The notes under the pieces are model-generated. The model was not told the DNA's origin. It searched no databases and was given only the letters and a program-made list of their open reading frames with translations. DNA of 64,000 nucleotides, taken from the NCBI GenBank assembly GCA_973895155.1, contig OZ316892.1, positions 19,321,457 through 19,385,456 of the forward strand, written 5' to 3'. Both the position numbers and the translations under genes were made by a program. Shown one piece after another: positions 1 through 12,898 of the stretch (position 1 is its first letter; each line of letters starts with the position of its first letter). The stretch is from Marsupella aquatica (Eukaryota; Plantae; Marchantiophyta).

Positions 1-127
1 TTTATCCATGATCTCACAGTGAGTGAGTTGTCGTTGATGCCGTTGTCATCGAGGAGAAGAGCAGTGAGCAGATCGATCGAGCATGTTGATGGTGGTGATT
101 TGAGTACCTTGAAAATATCACGCGTGC

Positions 128-442
128 ATGGCGATGGAAGAGGACAAGAGTTGGGCGGTGGCGGCGTCTCAAGAAGTCTTGCTCCCCCAAAAGCGGAAAC
201 TTCCCAGGAAGTTTGGGTTGGTGGAGATCGACGAGGACGAGCTGAAGGACATCTTTCAATTCCTTGGACTCGGACTCGAAGCTGCGGTGGAGGAGAAACT
301 GGTGGACGACGACGATGACGACGAGTCTGAAGAGATGCAAGACCTGGAGGAAAAGCTTCGAAATAGATTTCGGTTGAGTGACATCGAGGAGCAGCAGAAA
401 AGTCTGTTCGGCGGCAAGGATCCGAAGAGGAGAAAGTTTTGA
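128..442 (+). CDS. Hypothetical small acidic protein (104 aa) with basic NLS-like motifs
   Basis: ATG-initiated ORF with purine-rich, coding-like composition; poly-Asp tract; QKRKLPRK and C-terminal PKRRKF. No family recognised. Confidence 0.3.
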   Translation: MAMEEDKSWAVAASQEVLLPQKRKLPRKFGLVEIDEDELKDIFQFLGLGLEAAVEEKLVDDDDDDESEEMQDLEEKLRNRFRLSDIEEQQKSLFGGKDPKRRKF

Positions 443-3400
443 GGCTAGCTTCTTAGCTTGGGATGTAATTTGATGATCAAACGTTGAAAGCGTCTTTTCT
501 TGATTTTTTGTGAAGTCTTGCAATCACCCAACGAGAGGCAGACAAACGTACGCTTGACCACTGAACAAGACTCCAGATCGACAAGGCTGCTACTTCCTTC
601 TGCAGACGACGCTCCAGAGTGCAAGATTACGTATTAGACGACTGGTTACGTATAGTGCAAGTATGAGCTGCTTCAGGTCGGTTGTCATATGATTGAAGTT
701 AAGTGTCCAATTCAATGCTAAGATTGGACAACGCTTGACTTCAAGAAAGTATGACATTGAAAAAGTTCCTGAGAGTGCATCGAGGGCCGGGACAAGTGGT
801 TGCTTGATAATATTGGAGCCGATCAAAACCTGGAGCGCTGACGTGCAAGAAACGATGATATTCGAGTTCTAAGGAATGCAATCATGCAGAAACGGAACAG
901 TTTTGGATTGCTCGATATGAAGTATTGAAAATTCCAATACTAAATCTAGACAACTCTCAGTACGTGCAAGAATTTGACATTGGAGATGTCGGGAGTACAT
1001 CATCCATACATGAGTGGAACTGAGGAACAACTTTGGGTCGATTGATGATTATGATGGGAACGTTCATTACTGACTGTAGTCAACGCTAGTTTCTGGGAAG
1101 CCACCAATGCGGAAAAGCAGCAATTTAATATATGGCGGAAATTGTAGGCGGCAAAGATTGTTGCTAAGTAGAATGTAACGACCATTCGTGTGAGATTGGC
1201 TTCCTCGAGCATGCATGGGGGTTCAGAATGCGCGTAACTCCAAGCCTGAACGACCTAACTATGCTCTAAGTAGCTGGATGCGATCTCCTTCAGAACAAAG
1301 CCTAATTACTATGGCCGAAGGTAGGCATTCGGAACGTCGTTGTAGACTTTTCGAAACAGAACTATTATCCTTGCTTTGCAAGTGCTGCATCCTCGTACAA
1401 TGGCTTGGCAAAGACGCAGATATCACCTTGAATCTTGGTTAATAAAAAACCCATTTCTGCTTACGCCGGTGTGGAGCATTGATTGCTGGGATCGATGTGA
1501 CAGAAGGGTTACTTATCTCAAGAATCTGGTTTACCTTAGGAAGGACAGTAAAGATATCTCCTGGACAAAGACGGGTATTGCATCTTTTGGCGATTGCGCC
1601 TGTAATTGGAGGCCTCGTCCAGAGTGCTATTTTCTTGCTCAATACTTAGTTGGTGAATTATGTAGCAGTTCGTTTCGCTACTCCGCATGCCAAAGAAATC
1701 AGTGTCAGAATTAGTTACTGACTTGCTGGGTTGTTCCATCGTTTCTTGTTCTGCTGCTGCTACTAAACAGGCCAAGCTAGGAACCGATGCCATCACCATC
1801 TTGTCAGTCCAGGGAGTGAACCACTACATGTCCCTCTACCACGTCAATTCAAGCTGTGCGAAATTCTAAGGAGAGGAGTCCAGATACAGAATCAAGCGTT
1901 TGCCCAGCGGGAGCTCCACTCAAATTCTGGGGAACCTTCAACTTTCAATTGCTGGTTATGAATATTGACGACAGCTTTCTCCCATAAGCCTGGGCAGAAT
2001 GATCCATTGCAACAATTTGCAGGGGTGGATTGGTCAGATCCGCGACAAACAAAATACAAGGCGACTGATCAACACCGATGAGACAATTGTCTCCCGGTTG
2101 TTTTTTCTTTTCAATTTTCTTTATGTAGTTTGTCCGATCCTCAGTTAAAACTTTTGCAATGTCGTCAACACTATTTATGGGATTACTATTATCCGTTTGG
2201 CCACAAGATTCCGCTCATGTGAACAATTTCATTTCTACTGAGGAGTTCGCTCATGTGGCCAATTGAATTACCGCTGAGAATTTTTGTGTGTTTAAGAATG
2301 CCGCTTTCTAGTAATTCGAAAACGTGGCGAAATTTTCGTGGAATTGTCACTCACCATCCATTTTGTCCTCTCGTCATCGCACACTTCTCTGGTCAAAGCT
2401 TCAAAGCTTCAGCGCCCATCTGTCATTCGAGTGTGACGTAACCATCAGTAAGCACCACAACCTCACTGCCCTGCTTGCCCTGCTCAGAGTCCACTCGTTC
2501 CACAGTAGCTCCTTAGTAAGCTATCATAGCCAAGGCCCCAAAATCGAGTTCCCGGATCAAAACAGCTCAGATATTTTGCGCAAATTTAGACGTCACCTGC
2601 GCCAAGTCTATTGGATAAAGGGATAATAAGTAGACGATTGAAGGGGATGTGCGCTGTTAGGAGATCGCAGACCCTGTTCCACAGTCATGCAATGCACTTT
2701 GGTTGCACTGTCACAGAGTCTGTTCAGCGAACAGGGGACGCTGGGGAGACCTTGGTCGTGTGGAATCGAACTTATACCCACTCATCACCCACAAAAGTCA
2801 AATCTAGCAAACAGATGCCGACTCAAGCACCCCGCTCACATCGCTCTCCCTTCGCGCTGAAAGGATTATAGGACTCTACAGTAATTTGAGTGGAGACTAT
2901 GAGCAATTTGTCTCTCAAATCAATCATCAAATTACTATAATATGCAATCTTGCCAAGAGGCCAACATCCTCTATCAAACTATTACATTATCATATAATAT
3001 GCAACAGACGAGCATGCTTTTACAAAATCAAATAAAAAGAGTGGTTACAATATGAAATCCTGTAAAGAGGTTGGCATGTCTATTTATAAAATTTGCTCAA
3101 ATTTTTTCATCAGTAATCCGGGCAGTAATCCGGTCCACCGATGAATTTTTGCTCATAGTGGTGTCAGTACATCGCATAAGAACAGTGCTCGTCATTGTTT
3201 GCCTCTCACACAGCCTCACTTGTGATCCATTCAAAGTCGCCATCAATGAATTTTGCCTGGATACAAATGAATGTGCCAAATTATATATGTCAATTAACAA
3301 CAATACTTTCAATTTGTTCTCCCCCACTCCCACCGAACTTTTTGTTGGTGTCCCTTATCTGCACCTGATTGGTTTGATGAGAGTTGTTGGGAAGTTTGGG

Positions 3401-4943
3401 AAACTATGAGTAACTCTAGTTGAGATGATCCACTCATGCTACTGTTGATCGTTGATTAAAAAAGAGGGTGCTGGATTAATCATTGAGTACGTAACAAAGA
3501 GGATGGTGAATGACAGTGCACAATAGTTACAAGGTAAAGTGCAAGCAGGATTGCTTAGATCAAGAGATGCTACCAGGTGTTGATCATTAAAAGGGACGAT
3601 GTGTACTTTAGACCAATGGTACTCTAAGTTACTGATTTGCTGGTTTTAAGTTTTCATAGTGTTGTTCTGTGATAGTGGGTATATATGTCAACTTAAATAA
3701 TCAATATCTAAACTCCCATCAAAATAATTTTTAGCCACAACTTCATCGTTTCTAGTTCCCCTGGGCTGAGATATTTTTCCTGCTACTTAACCCTGGGACC
3801 TACTCACTGTACACATTTGACAAGAAATGTACTTCCCCCAAAATAGTGATGACTCTCATCAAACCAAAGATGTGAAAGAAGGGTGTCGTGATTGCCTGTA
3901 TGGAGATATTAGTTGCAAATCTCACCTCAGCTCCGGCCTTTCCTACCTTCTCCATTTCAAGACTTGCACTTTGACCACATGTCTTTTCACATTGATAACA
4001 CTTTCCGTCCACATCACTCACATTCTACATCACTCATGCTCCAGAACACTTATGCTTGACATCATGATCATAGGGACAACATTTTCGCAAAGAAGCACGA
4101 ACACAATAACAACACAATTATTCAACCACAACTATGAATAGACATTGGGCTAGTGGAACACATAAATGCTCAATTTGTTTGGAAACTGAGACGAAGTTCT
4201 CTTGGTTGAAAAAACGGTCAGGAAGAGATAAAAGCTCAATTCGTTCCTAAGCTGAGGCGAAGTTCCCGCTTTGAAAAGCCAGTCAGTCAAATGGAGGGGA
4301 AGAATTTGAACAATGTGAGCATCCGCCACAATCACGTGAGAATCAATTTTATAATCAGAATTAAAGACTTTATTGAAACCAAAATCAGTTTTATAATCAC
4401 AAAAGATTTGAAGAATGCGCGCGGTCCTCTCAGTTGATACCTGTCATACTTGCGTCCAACGCCATTTGCACAAATCCTACACAAAATTGGCCTGGGCCCA
4501 CGATGAACTACATTTGGAGGACGGTGGTGACAGACAATATATGGTTGACGCCGCGCGTTTCAAGAAGAGACAATCCATGAATTCTCCTTAGAGAGACTCT
4601 TGCAGAGAACTTGCGGATTTTAGCTCACACTGTTGGTTGGTCTCCGCGTAAAAGATTTAGTTGGGCGAGAGGGTTTAAATCGGTGAGGATTGTTGCTGCC
4701 AAGTCGTACTGTTCGTCATCTTGACTTCTTAGCCTCCTTCCTCAATTTGATCCTCTTCAGCAAAGGGTATACGGAGCTAGAGGTTTTTTCCGACACATAT
4801 ATATTTTGCAATAGACGTACGTGGTCGTGGAAATTTTTTCTTGGTCGTGGAAATTATCAAAGCTCACTTGATGTTTCAAAGAGATAAACTTTCTACTCTG
4901 CTTCCTTGGTATTGGCATATATTTCATCAGCTGAACAAGCACA

Positions 4944-6150
4944 TGATGGAAGAGTACTGGGGATGGAATACAATGGCCGTTGGCACACATACCTATGACA
5001 AAGTCCACAGATTAGAGGAACAAGTTGAGCAGTTTCTTCCAGGGATTCCAAACGAGATTACCTTAGACCACAATAGAAATCTATGTGCTGGCTACAGGCA
5101 ATTCGCGCTAGGGCATCATGTCCATGACGCGAGAGTTATCTCTTGCTCAGCAGAAACATTAGTTATACATCGTCATGATTATTTGGAAGATACGGTGAGG
5201 ATTGCTCTTTATCCCAAGCTCCTCGAGGGGAGTTCCATGGTCATCGCAGGGCATTTCACTGGATGGTAAGATATATGTTGTAGGAGGAGGGCCGAAGGCT
5301 GGCCTGAACGATTTTGGCAGCGGCAGGGAAGCCCGCAAGGAAGTATATGTGCTGGATCTTGCATTTGGGGCAGCGACACTGGAAACAATGTGCTAAGGAT
5401 GGAAACTGGGAGATATAAATTTGGTTGTGGTGTCATCAATATATAATTAGATTTACGTCTTTGGCGTGCTGTTGAAAGTTCACCTAGCTGTGTGGATGCG
5501 CAGTGTATCACCCCAACCTAAATGCTTGGTCTCCGATGATACCCATGACATCTCTTAGGTTTGGTCATGGCGTTACGAGGTTAGGAAATAATGAGCTTTT
5601 CGTCTATGGTGGAGAGTATTATGATTCAACTTATCCTGATGGCTAGGAAAGTAGGGGCCCTATCCGTACAAAACTCGCGATAGGCGGCTGACACGTTGCA
5701 AATTAAGTTTATGGAAATTTATTATCCCGTCAAGGATGAGTGGAGAGTGGTTGACTCTGATATGCGAGATCGTCCAGGATGTATATATATTGATAGTACA
5801 TGGAAAATTCCATTCGATGACTCAGGCCGGCATATCTGTCGATCTATGACGCTCGTAGCGATATATTCCTGGCCGGAGGGATTTGCATACAAATGTATTT
5901 GCTGCCATTGAATCAATCCACCCTTTGACGGACTACTAGACTATAGCTGTACAGACGATGAGCTGTTAGCAATTCAAGGGTGTATTGGTACCACAATTCA
6001 AACTGAAGGATGATCGAGGGGATCGAGGTTGTCTTCTTGAAGGGAGATCGAGGGTTTGGCACTGATCGAGACCAACTAGATCACATGGCAGGTTGTTTTA
6101 GATTGCCCTTGTCTCTCTGAAGATTTTCATGTACAGTATTCAGCTGTGAG
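4944..6150 (+). pseudogene. F-box/kelch-repeat protein pseudogene
   Basis: Fragments in different frames: F-box-like start QFLPGIPNEITLDH; kelch blades GKIYVVGG...EVYVLDL, WSPMIPMTSLRFGHGVTRLGNNELFVYGG (about 5525-5615) and MEIYYPVKDEWRVV. Interrupted by stops and frameshifts. Boundaries approximate. Confidence 0.75.
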
Positions 6151-6953
6151 CACACAAAGCTTTCGTCACATAAAAGTACAGACCCCCTGCCTATTCATAT
6201 ACAATGGGTGTGCGTGTACTTGGGCTTTTAAATTCGCCGGGGTTGAATTGATAATTAACTATAGATGAGCTACATGCAAACATGAAGGTTTCTACCTCCC
6301 TCACAATGTCGCATTATTGTTGGATATAAACTAGCACCAAAGGTGTCACTAGGGTCACTCCCCCCATGTCTACCCTAGACTCAAGAACCCTAACCTGATA
6401 TCATTCACCCTATGTCTACTCTTGACTCCGGCCTCTTCAGTGGAGGGGCAGTGTGATCTAATTACCCGGCCTCGATCAGAAGGACCCGCCCGTTGATTGC
6501 TTGGATGTAAGGATAAGTGGTCATACCAGTGACATGGCATGGGGAATATACATAAGAAAGCTCGAAGCCTATCCCGCTCATAAACCCATTCCTTCCATCT
6601 CAAGGCACGTTTCCCAATCCACAAACTGAATCCTTTTGCGTTCTTAATTAAGCCTATTAATTAAAGTCGTTCCTCCCTAGAATACACGCCTGCTCATTCG
6701 ATCAATTTGACCTGAGGACTAGCTTAGAACATCATCGGGACTGAGGAGTCGAGTGTATAAGGCTGAAGATCCAACTTAAGGGGTCATTGAGATTGTGGAG
6801 GAAGATGTTGGGGATGCAGTTTAGAGCAGTGTCGAGGATCAACTTGAGATAGACGGCAGAATCAACTGGAGATAGACAGAAGAGGACTGCTAACCTCGCA
6901 ATTACTACTACCAACGTTTTTACACCTAAGATGGCCAATGTCGAGCCCTTTGA

Positions 6954-7800
6954 ATGGAAACCCTGTCAGAGTTTTTTTCTGACAGTGCTGAGGAAAATAG
7001 AGCAGGGTCGTTCCCACCCGAGAAGGGAAATGCCGTCATAGTTCTTTCTGACAGTGATGAGGAAGATACAATTGGGTTTTCCTCGATCCTCGCAGAAGGG
7101 AACGTCTGTCATAGAACGTCTGTCATAGTTCGTTCTGAGAGCAATGAGAAAGATGCCGAAGGCGTTTCCCCAAGTAAGTAGGGACGGGGAAAGGCTATAG
7201 CAGGCCTTTCAGGTTGTGAAGTGGAAACTTCCGTAGCGTTCTTAGAGATAATGGTCATGATGATTGAGCAAGCAGGGAAAATTAAGAAAAGGCAATGGTA
7301 CAGTAGGTTTTTTTAGCTAGCTTGTGAACGGGAAGTTGCAGCAGCCGCATTCCAGATAAAGGCCATGGGTAAGGAGCGAAAGGGAAAAGCAGTAGTAGGT
7401 CTTTCTGATTTTGAAGAGAACGCTGCAGCAGCGGTATTAGCATTATGGACAGTGATGAGGAGCCAAAAGGAAAGATTGTGCGGTTCTTTATGATGAGGAT
7501 CAGGAAGATGCAACAACGTTTAGGGTTTTGTTTGTCGGGATGGGAAAGCTAGAGAATGGATCTGATAAGGAGGGGAAGGAGGAAGACGCAGGAACCTTAG
7601 TCGAGATGGCCATGGCGGTGGGTGAGGAGGGAAAGGTGTGGTGGTTCTTTCCCCTGGTGACGAGCAAGACCAAACTATCAGTGACAGGGAAGGAAAAGGC
7701 AATGGAAGGAATCCGCAAGGATGAATAGTCAGAGATTGCCCTGGCGCTTCCATTTGCACATTTGCTCACTTCGAAGAACAGGATAGCAAAGCTGCAAGCT
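6954..7800 (+). pseudogene. Decayed internally repetitive gene with acidic (V/I)-x-(V/L)-SDSDEE motifs, copy 1
   Basis: Repeated peptides FFSDSAEE, VIVLSDSDEED, VIVRSESNEKD, GKAVVGLSDFEE and VVLSPGDEQD across broken frames. Similar to 9461-10010. Confidence 0.45.
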
Positions 7801-9460
7801 TTGGTCTTACTAGCTCCATGGTTTTATTGCATGGCTGGTCAATGACGCTAATGAAGCTCTAGTTTGGTCTCTTTGCTAAACCCAAAATCTTTCCTAGCTC
7901 GGCACAAAATTTGATTCCCTAGAATAACAAGGGCTGATGTCTAAAAAAAGCATTTTTCACGCCTTTTATGGGCCAAAACATAAATTATATTATTGTTTTG
8001 TGGTATCCAAGGTCAAGTAAATAGCCAAAACTCTTAATTTGATCAATTCAGCTGTCTCCACTTTTCAAAGAAAGTAGCATATACGATTCTCCTGCACTCC
8101 CATACCACATTGTTTTAATTTGTAGGGGGTATGTACGTTTCATCTTTCTCATGTGAATGTTGAAACCATATCTATTATCCTTTAATTACAGTCATGTACT
8201 CAATCCTTCTCCTTGAAACCATTAGAGGGTATCACTTTGATAGAAGAAAACATATAGAATAGAATATCACAATGTAGACTAGATAAACGCACATTAAATC
8301 ACATAGACTCTTCACTTATCACCATCTCCAATGCCACATTGATTCATAGTGACAAGGTGTACGTCTTCAATGTGACTCATGAGAATCATGTTGAAACCAA
8401 TTATTATCAAAACTTTTATCACTATCTCTTAGTACTTTCTCTTGTAATGTTTACAGGTATCACTTTGATGGAAGAAAAGCTACCCATACTTGTTGATTAT
8501 GTGATATTTAAATATTTGTATATTTATTTTATATTAAAATAACATTGATTTATTTTTTGGATTTTGACTAAAATTATCTAAACAAGATTTATTTTCTCCT
8601 CTAGGCCACTAATTATAAGTACTTAATATATGGTAATATCAGGGAAGGAAAAATTGATTAAAAACATATTCCCATGCCAAACCAAAACTGCCTCCCCACC
8701 ACCGCCTTAGTTTTGATTATCATTTAGTCTAAGTAAGGCCTATTCCTTATAGAGACAATATGACCCAACTCAGTCTCCAAGGAATATTGATTGATTGGTT
8801 GCAAAGCCCCTTTGATAGGTCAAGCCATAAGGGGCCAAGTTTTCAAACCCCAGGCTCAAAGTCATGCTCTGTCATGCCAAAATGCCTACATGGACCATAT
8901 TCTGGTAATAGGGGCCTTCTACTCCCACTCCCACAGGCAGAAGAGGCACACAAATCTAGATCATGAGGTTAGCTCAGTGGGCATTACTTATCCAGCTCAT
9001 TGATTAGACTTAGTGTGCATATCGATCAGTAATGCCTTTCGGTGTGTGAGGATGAGAGTAATGTATATACGTCATTCTCATAATTCCAGGTAATTGGTGA
9101 AGTTGCGTGGTCCTACTCATATGTATAAGATCTATTGTGAATGTACATGAGGGTGAGGGTGAGATCCATACCCTTCTCAGAAATCCATACGGCTCTATTT
9201 AAGGCAGTGTTTCTCAGTCTATGGCCTGATTCAATTCAGTTTTCTAGTTTTCAAGTTTTCTCCTCGAAGGCGCTCCTGCTCACTAGGTTTAGACGCTAAG
9301 ATCATTTTGACGTACCTGAAATCTAGGTAGCACATCCTTTGGAGGAATTGAGCTGGTCTGGAGACCCAACTGATCGAGACGAGCAATGAGATATTGAAGG
9401 CTGGTTTTGGAGATATAGTTGAGAACTGTGGTTACCACTCAGCAACATTTTTCACCCAGG

Positions 9461-10010
9461 ATGGCCAGTGCAAAGCCTGTTGTGCGGAAGGCGAGGAGAA
9501 AGCTTGTCATAGATTTTTCTGATGATGATGAGGAAGAAACAGGAGGGTTTTTCGCACCCAAGAAGGGAAACAATGAAAACATTGCCGCAAGGCTTCTCCC
9601 AACAGAGAAGAAAACGGAGAACTCTACGGTAGTTCATTCAACTTCCGAAGAGGTAGTTGCAGAAGCGTTGATAGAGATTGGCAGTCGTACCGAGGGAAAG
9701 GGAATTGCTGGGGTGGGCCTTTCGGATATTGATCGGCAAGTGGTAGCTCCGGGTAAGAAGGGAAAGGCCCGGAAGGGTAAGAAGGGAAAGGCCCGGAAGG
9801 GTAGGAAGGGCAAGAAGGATAGGAAGGCGGCAGCAACATTATTCAAGATGAAGCGCCATGGCCATTGGTGAAGGACAGCCTGTGGTGATTTTTTCCGATA
9901 GTGATGAGAAAGATGAGAAAGACCACACACTACAGGGAGGGGGATGTAATTGGACGGAATAGGAAGGAGGATTCTCAGAGACTTATTTTACGCACTTTGA
10001 GAAGGAAAAA
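9461..10010 (+). pseudogene. Paralogous acidic/basic repetitive gene, copy 2
   Basis: ORF MASAKPVVRKARRKLVIDFSDDDEEE...GKGIAGVGLSDID...(GKKGKARK)n stops at 9871. The downstream frame gives VVIFSDSDEKD, matching about 7640-7780. Confidence 0.45.
9751..9825 (+). repeat. 24-bp tandem repeat encoding GKKGKARK
   Basis: GGGTAAGAAGGGAAAGGCCCGGAA twice, plus a degenerate third copy. Confidence 0.85.
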
Positions 10011-12072
10011 TTTAGGGTTGATGAACTTAGGGCTTGTTGATGACCTTAGAGACTAACTGATGCTAAGGGTGATTAGTCTTTGGGGCTTATAGGTCTCTGG
10101 TTCAATTCTGGTTGGCCATTTTCTTAGGATGTACATCCAGCTTGCTTCATAGTTCCAAGAGATTAAATGGTAGTAGGAGTGGGCTTCATGCCTCAAATAA
10201 ATTGGCCAGTAAGAGGCTTAAGTACTAATCTTTACTTCCGGCATGTTTTTAGGTATTGTGCATTAATATTGTCTCCCTCTTATTAATAATTCAAAATTAA
10301 AATATGATGAAGTCGTGTATCCATGGGTTGTCTAGTGTTAGTGTTAGATTTGAGTTGAGGCAGGGTGCAATGAGTCTTGCATAAATTCAAACTGGGTGTT
10401 TTGTGTGCATCAATTCAAAGTGGCAATAGTTGTTTCTATTTGACTTGGGGAGACCAGTTCTTTTCATCCTATGTCGCATTGAATAAGACGTCCTAGCTCA
10501 CACCTACTTCTCTGGTCAAAGTGGATAGGCAACAACTCGATCAACATAAGGTTTTGAGTGGTCTCTATTCGCCATGATTCAATTTCTCAAAATTCCATGT
10601 TGATTTTAATGTTTCACCAAGTCAAGACTCATGCACCACATTAGGAATTTTGAAAAATACATGACACTTCCCTTGACTTTTCACATTGGGCTGCCATGCA
10701 TGATATATGTAGTAGCCCAATTTCCATGCTTTGCAATGTTGTTATTGCATTCTTGCTGTCCTTATTGCCATGATGTCTTTGGGGTCATATATTGGGTGTG
10801 CAAAAATACCCTAAGAATAAAAGTCCATCATCATTAAAGACATAAATGTGTAATCTGTTTAAACACAAAATTAAGGCCAAGTTGATCAAAGCCGACCAGA
10901 TACAAAAATTTCTATCCACTTCGTAGTCTTCTTGAGTATGAGGCCAGGTTGATCATCCTCTTGCGTATGAGGCCAGGTTGATCAGTGCCTATGCGTTGCA
11001 CATTGTTGCTTCTACTGTTGTTGGTATGACAATGCTCATGCATGACACAAAAATGTGAAAGTAAGACCCAAAATTGCAGATAATATTGTCATTGCAGCCT
11101 TGCAATTGTTGGTGCAACAAGTCTTGACCAATCTGTGCAATCATGTTTGTGGGTACAAAAGTCTTCATTGTAAGTTGTTTGGTTGAGTGATCGTTATCTT
11201 GGACAGATTATCACTTTGGTCAGTGTTGTTATTGTGAGAGTTTTTTTTGTAATGGAGGGTGAGGGCAAGGGCCGGCACAAGGACATGATATGGGTGAAGG
11301 TGGCTGTGGCATCATAGAGTCCAAGCTCCATTGTGCAATATGAGAATTTGTATTTACTTTCTTCTGGGTTTATTACTTGTATTGTTTTTGGGTTCTTGTT
11401 GGAGGCAGGTTAGGCAAGAGGGGTGTATGGGTGGGTTTTGACTGTTCCAAAACGGCCAATGGCTAGATTCTCCCCCACCTTTTTATCTTTTTGTAAACAA
11501 ACTGTCCCCTATTTTTGTGAGATTGGTTATTAGTGTTTAATTTTAGGGCACCCTATAATTGCTTACCTATTGAATGTAATTTTTGTAAAACTAGGGTTCC
11601 CACAATAATCTCAAAGCCTAGATATTTCTCAAGAGTGAGCATATATATTGTAATGTAATTGAAGGAAACTAAAAGCATTAGAAGTAAAAGACTCCCCTTG
11701 CAATGATTATGCTTGGCCCAAAGGCCTATAAATTTTGATTGGCTAGTGACTTATATTCAATATTACTCTTTCACCATCAATTCATGAAGATTATGAAGGC
11801 CCCGTAATCACCTGTCCACTTCCATCGGGCTGCCATGACGGGCCTTCACTTTGCAAGGTTTTCTTCACTCTCATGCTTGTTCTGTTTCATAGGTTGCCTG
11901 TGTGCTCTAGCCCCTAGATTTAACAAGTGCTCCCTCCTCGATCTACCCTACCATCATCCAAGATCTTGTGCATATAAGTATTGGGTCTCATCTCCATCTA
12001 CACTGTCGTCATCCAAGATCTTCTGCATATAAATATTAGGTCCAAATCTAGAAAGAGACCATTCACATTCCA

Positions 12073-12205
12073 GTCGTCTCTTTTGCGAACAACAAGTGGT
12101 ACCGGTCGTCTCTTTTGCGAACAACAAGTGGAACCGGTGGTCGTCTCTTTTGCGAACAACAAGTGGAACCGGTCGTCTCTTTTGCGAACAACAAGTGGAA
12201 CCGGT
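12073..12205. repeat. 32-bp tandem minisatellite, 4 copies
   Basis: Unit GTCGTCTCTTTTGCGAACAACAAGTGGAACCG, head to tail, with one substitution and one 3-bp insertion. No spacers. Confidence 0.95.
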
Positions 12206-12451
12206 ATCTTTCTGTAAGCATCCTCGATCATGTTTCGAGAGATGAGCATTTCTAGGTCAAAGTTCCCGAGTTTTTTTGCTTAGCTCCCGAACTTTGCAAC
12301 AATGCAATGCGGTTATGAGAGAGAGCAAGTGTATTTCAGTTCAATTTCAATTTCGGTCCACTGGATCCACAATTTTATCAATCAGTAGAACTAGTGCGAT
12401 TGATTATCAATAGGGAATAAGACTAATGATATTTTCTCATAAGGGACGTTT

Positions 12452-12898
12452 GTGTTATTTGCAGCTACAGGAGGTGAATTGCAGGTTCCTCCAGTACCAT
12501 TAGTCTCAATGAAGAAAGCAAAGGAATTCTCGAGGGACACAATTTCCAGCAGCGAAGACGCCGCTGCTGTTCGGAAGCTTGTTTGGGAACATTTTGGAAT
12601 GTCGATTCCACCTGAGATGGGAGCTTCTGAGTTCAGGAAACCTGAGCCCGATTCTACAAGTGCTTCTAGCTCCGGAACTCCTACTCAACCTCGCATCGGG
12701 AGTATTGAAAACAGAAAGACAGGAGTTGACGCGATCTCAGCACTAGCGGTTTGCGCTCCAGCAGAAAAACCAACAGAGAGCTACACCACAGAAAGACCTA
12801 TGGTAGGAGAAGTGCCTGAATCGGAAAAACATCAGCTGCCTCTTTGGGCAAGAACTTACTCTTGGAACTCTACTCCACCTCAGATGGGAGCTACTTAG
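12452..12898 (+). other. Possible exon or ORF remnant of an unknown gene
   Basis: 148-codon open frame starting just upstream of an acceptor-like TTATTTGCAG. Internal repeat PPEMGAS / PPQMGAT. No family recognised. Confidence 0.25.

Noticed and set aside
560-4350. Possible decayed coding sequence, including a CSIC motif near 4170
   Set aside because: Short broken frames with no family I can recognise.
12073-12205. CRISPR-like array (repeat length 32 bp)
   Set aside because: Units are contiguous with no unique spacers, there are no cas genes, and the context is eukaryotic.
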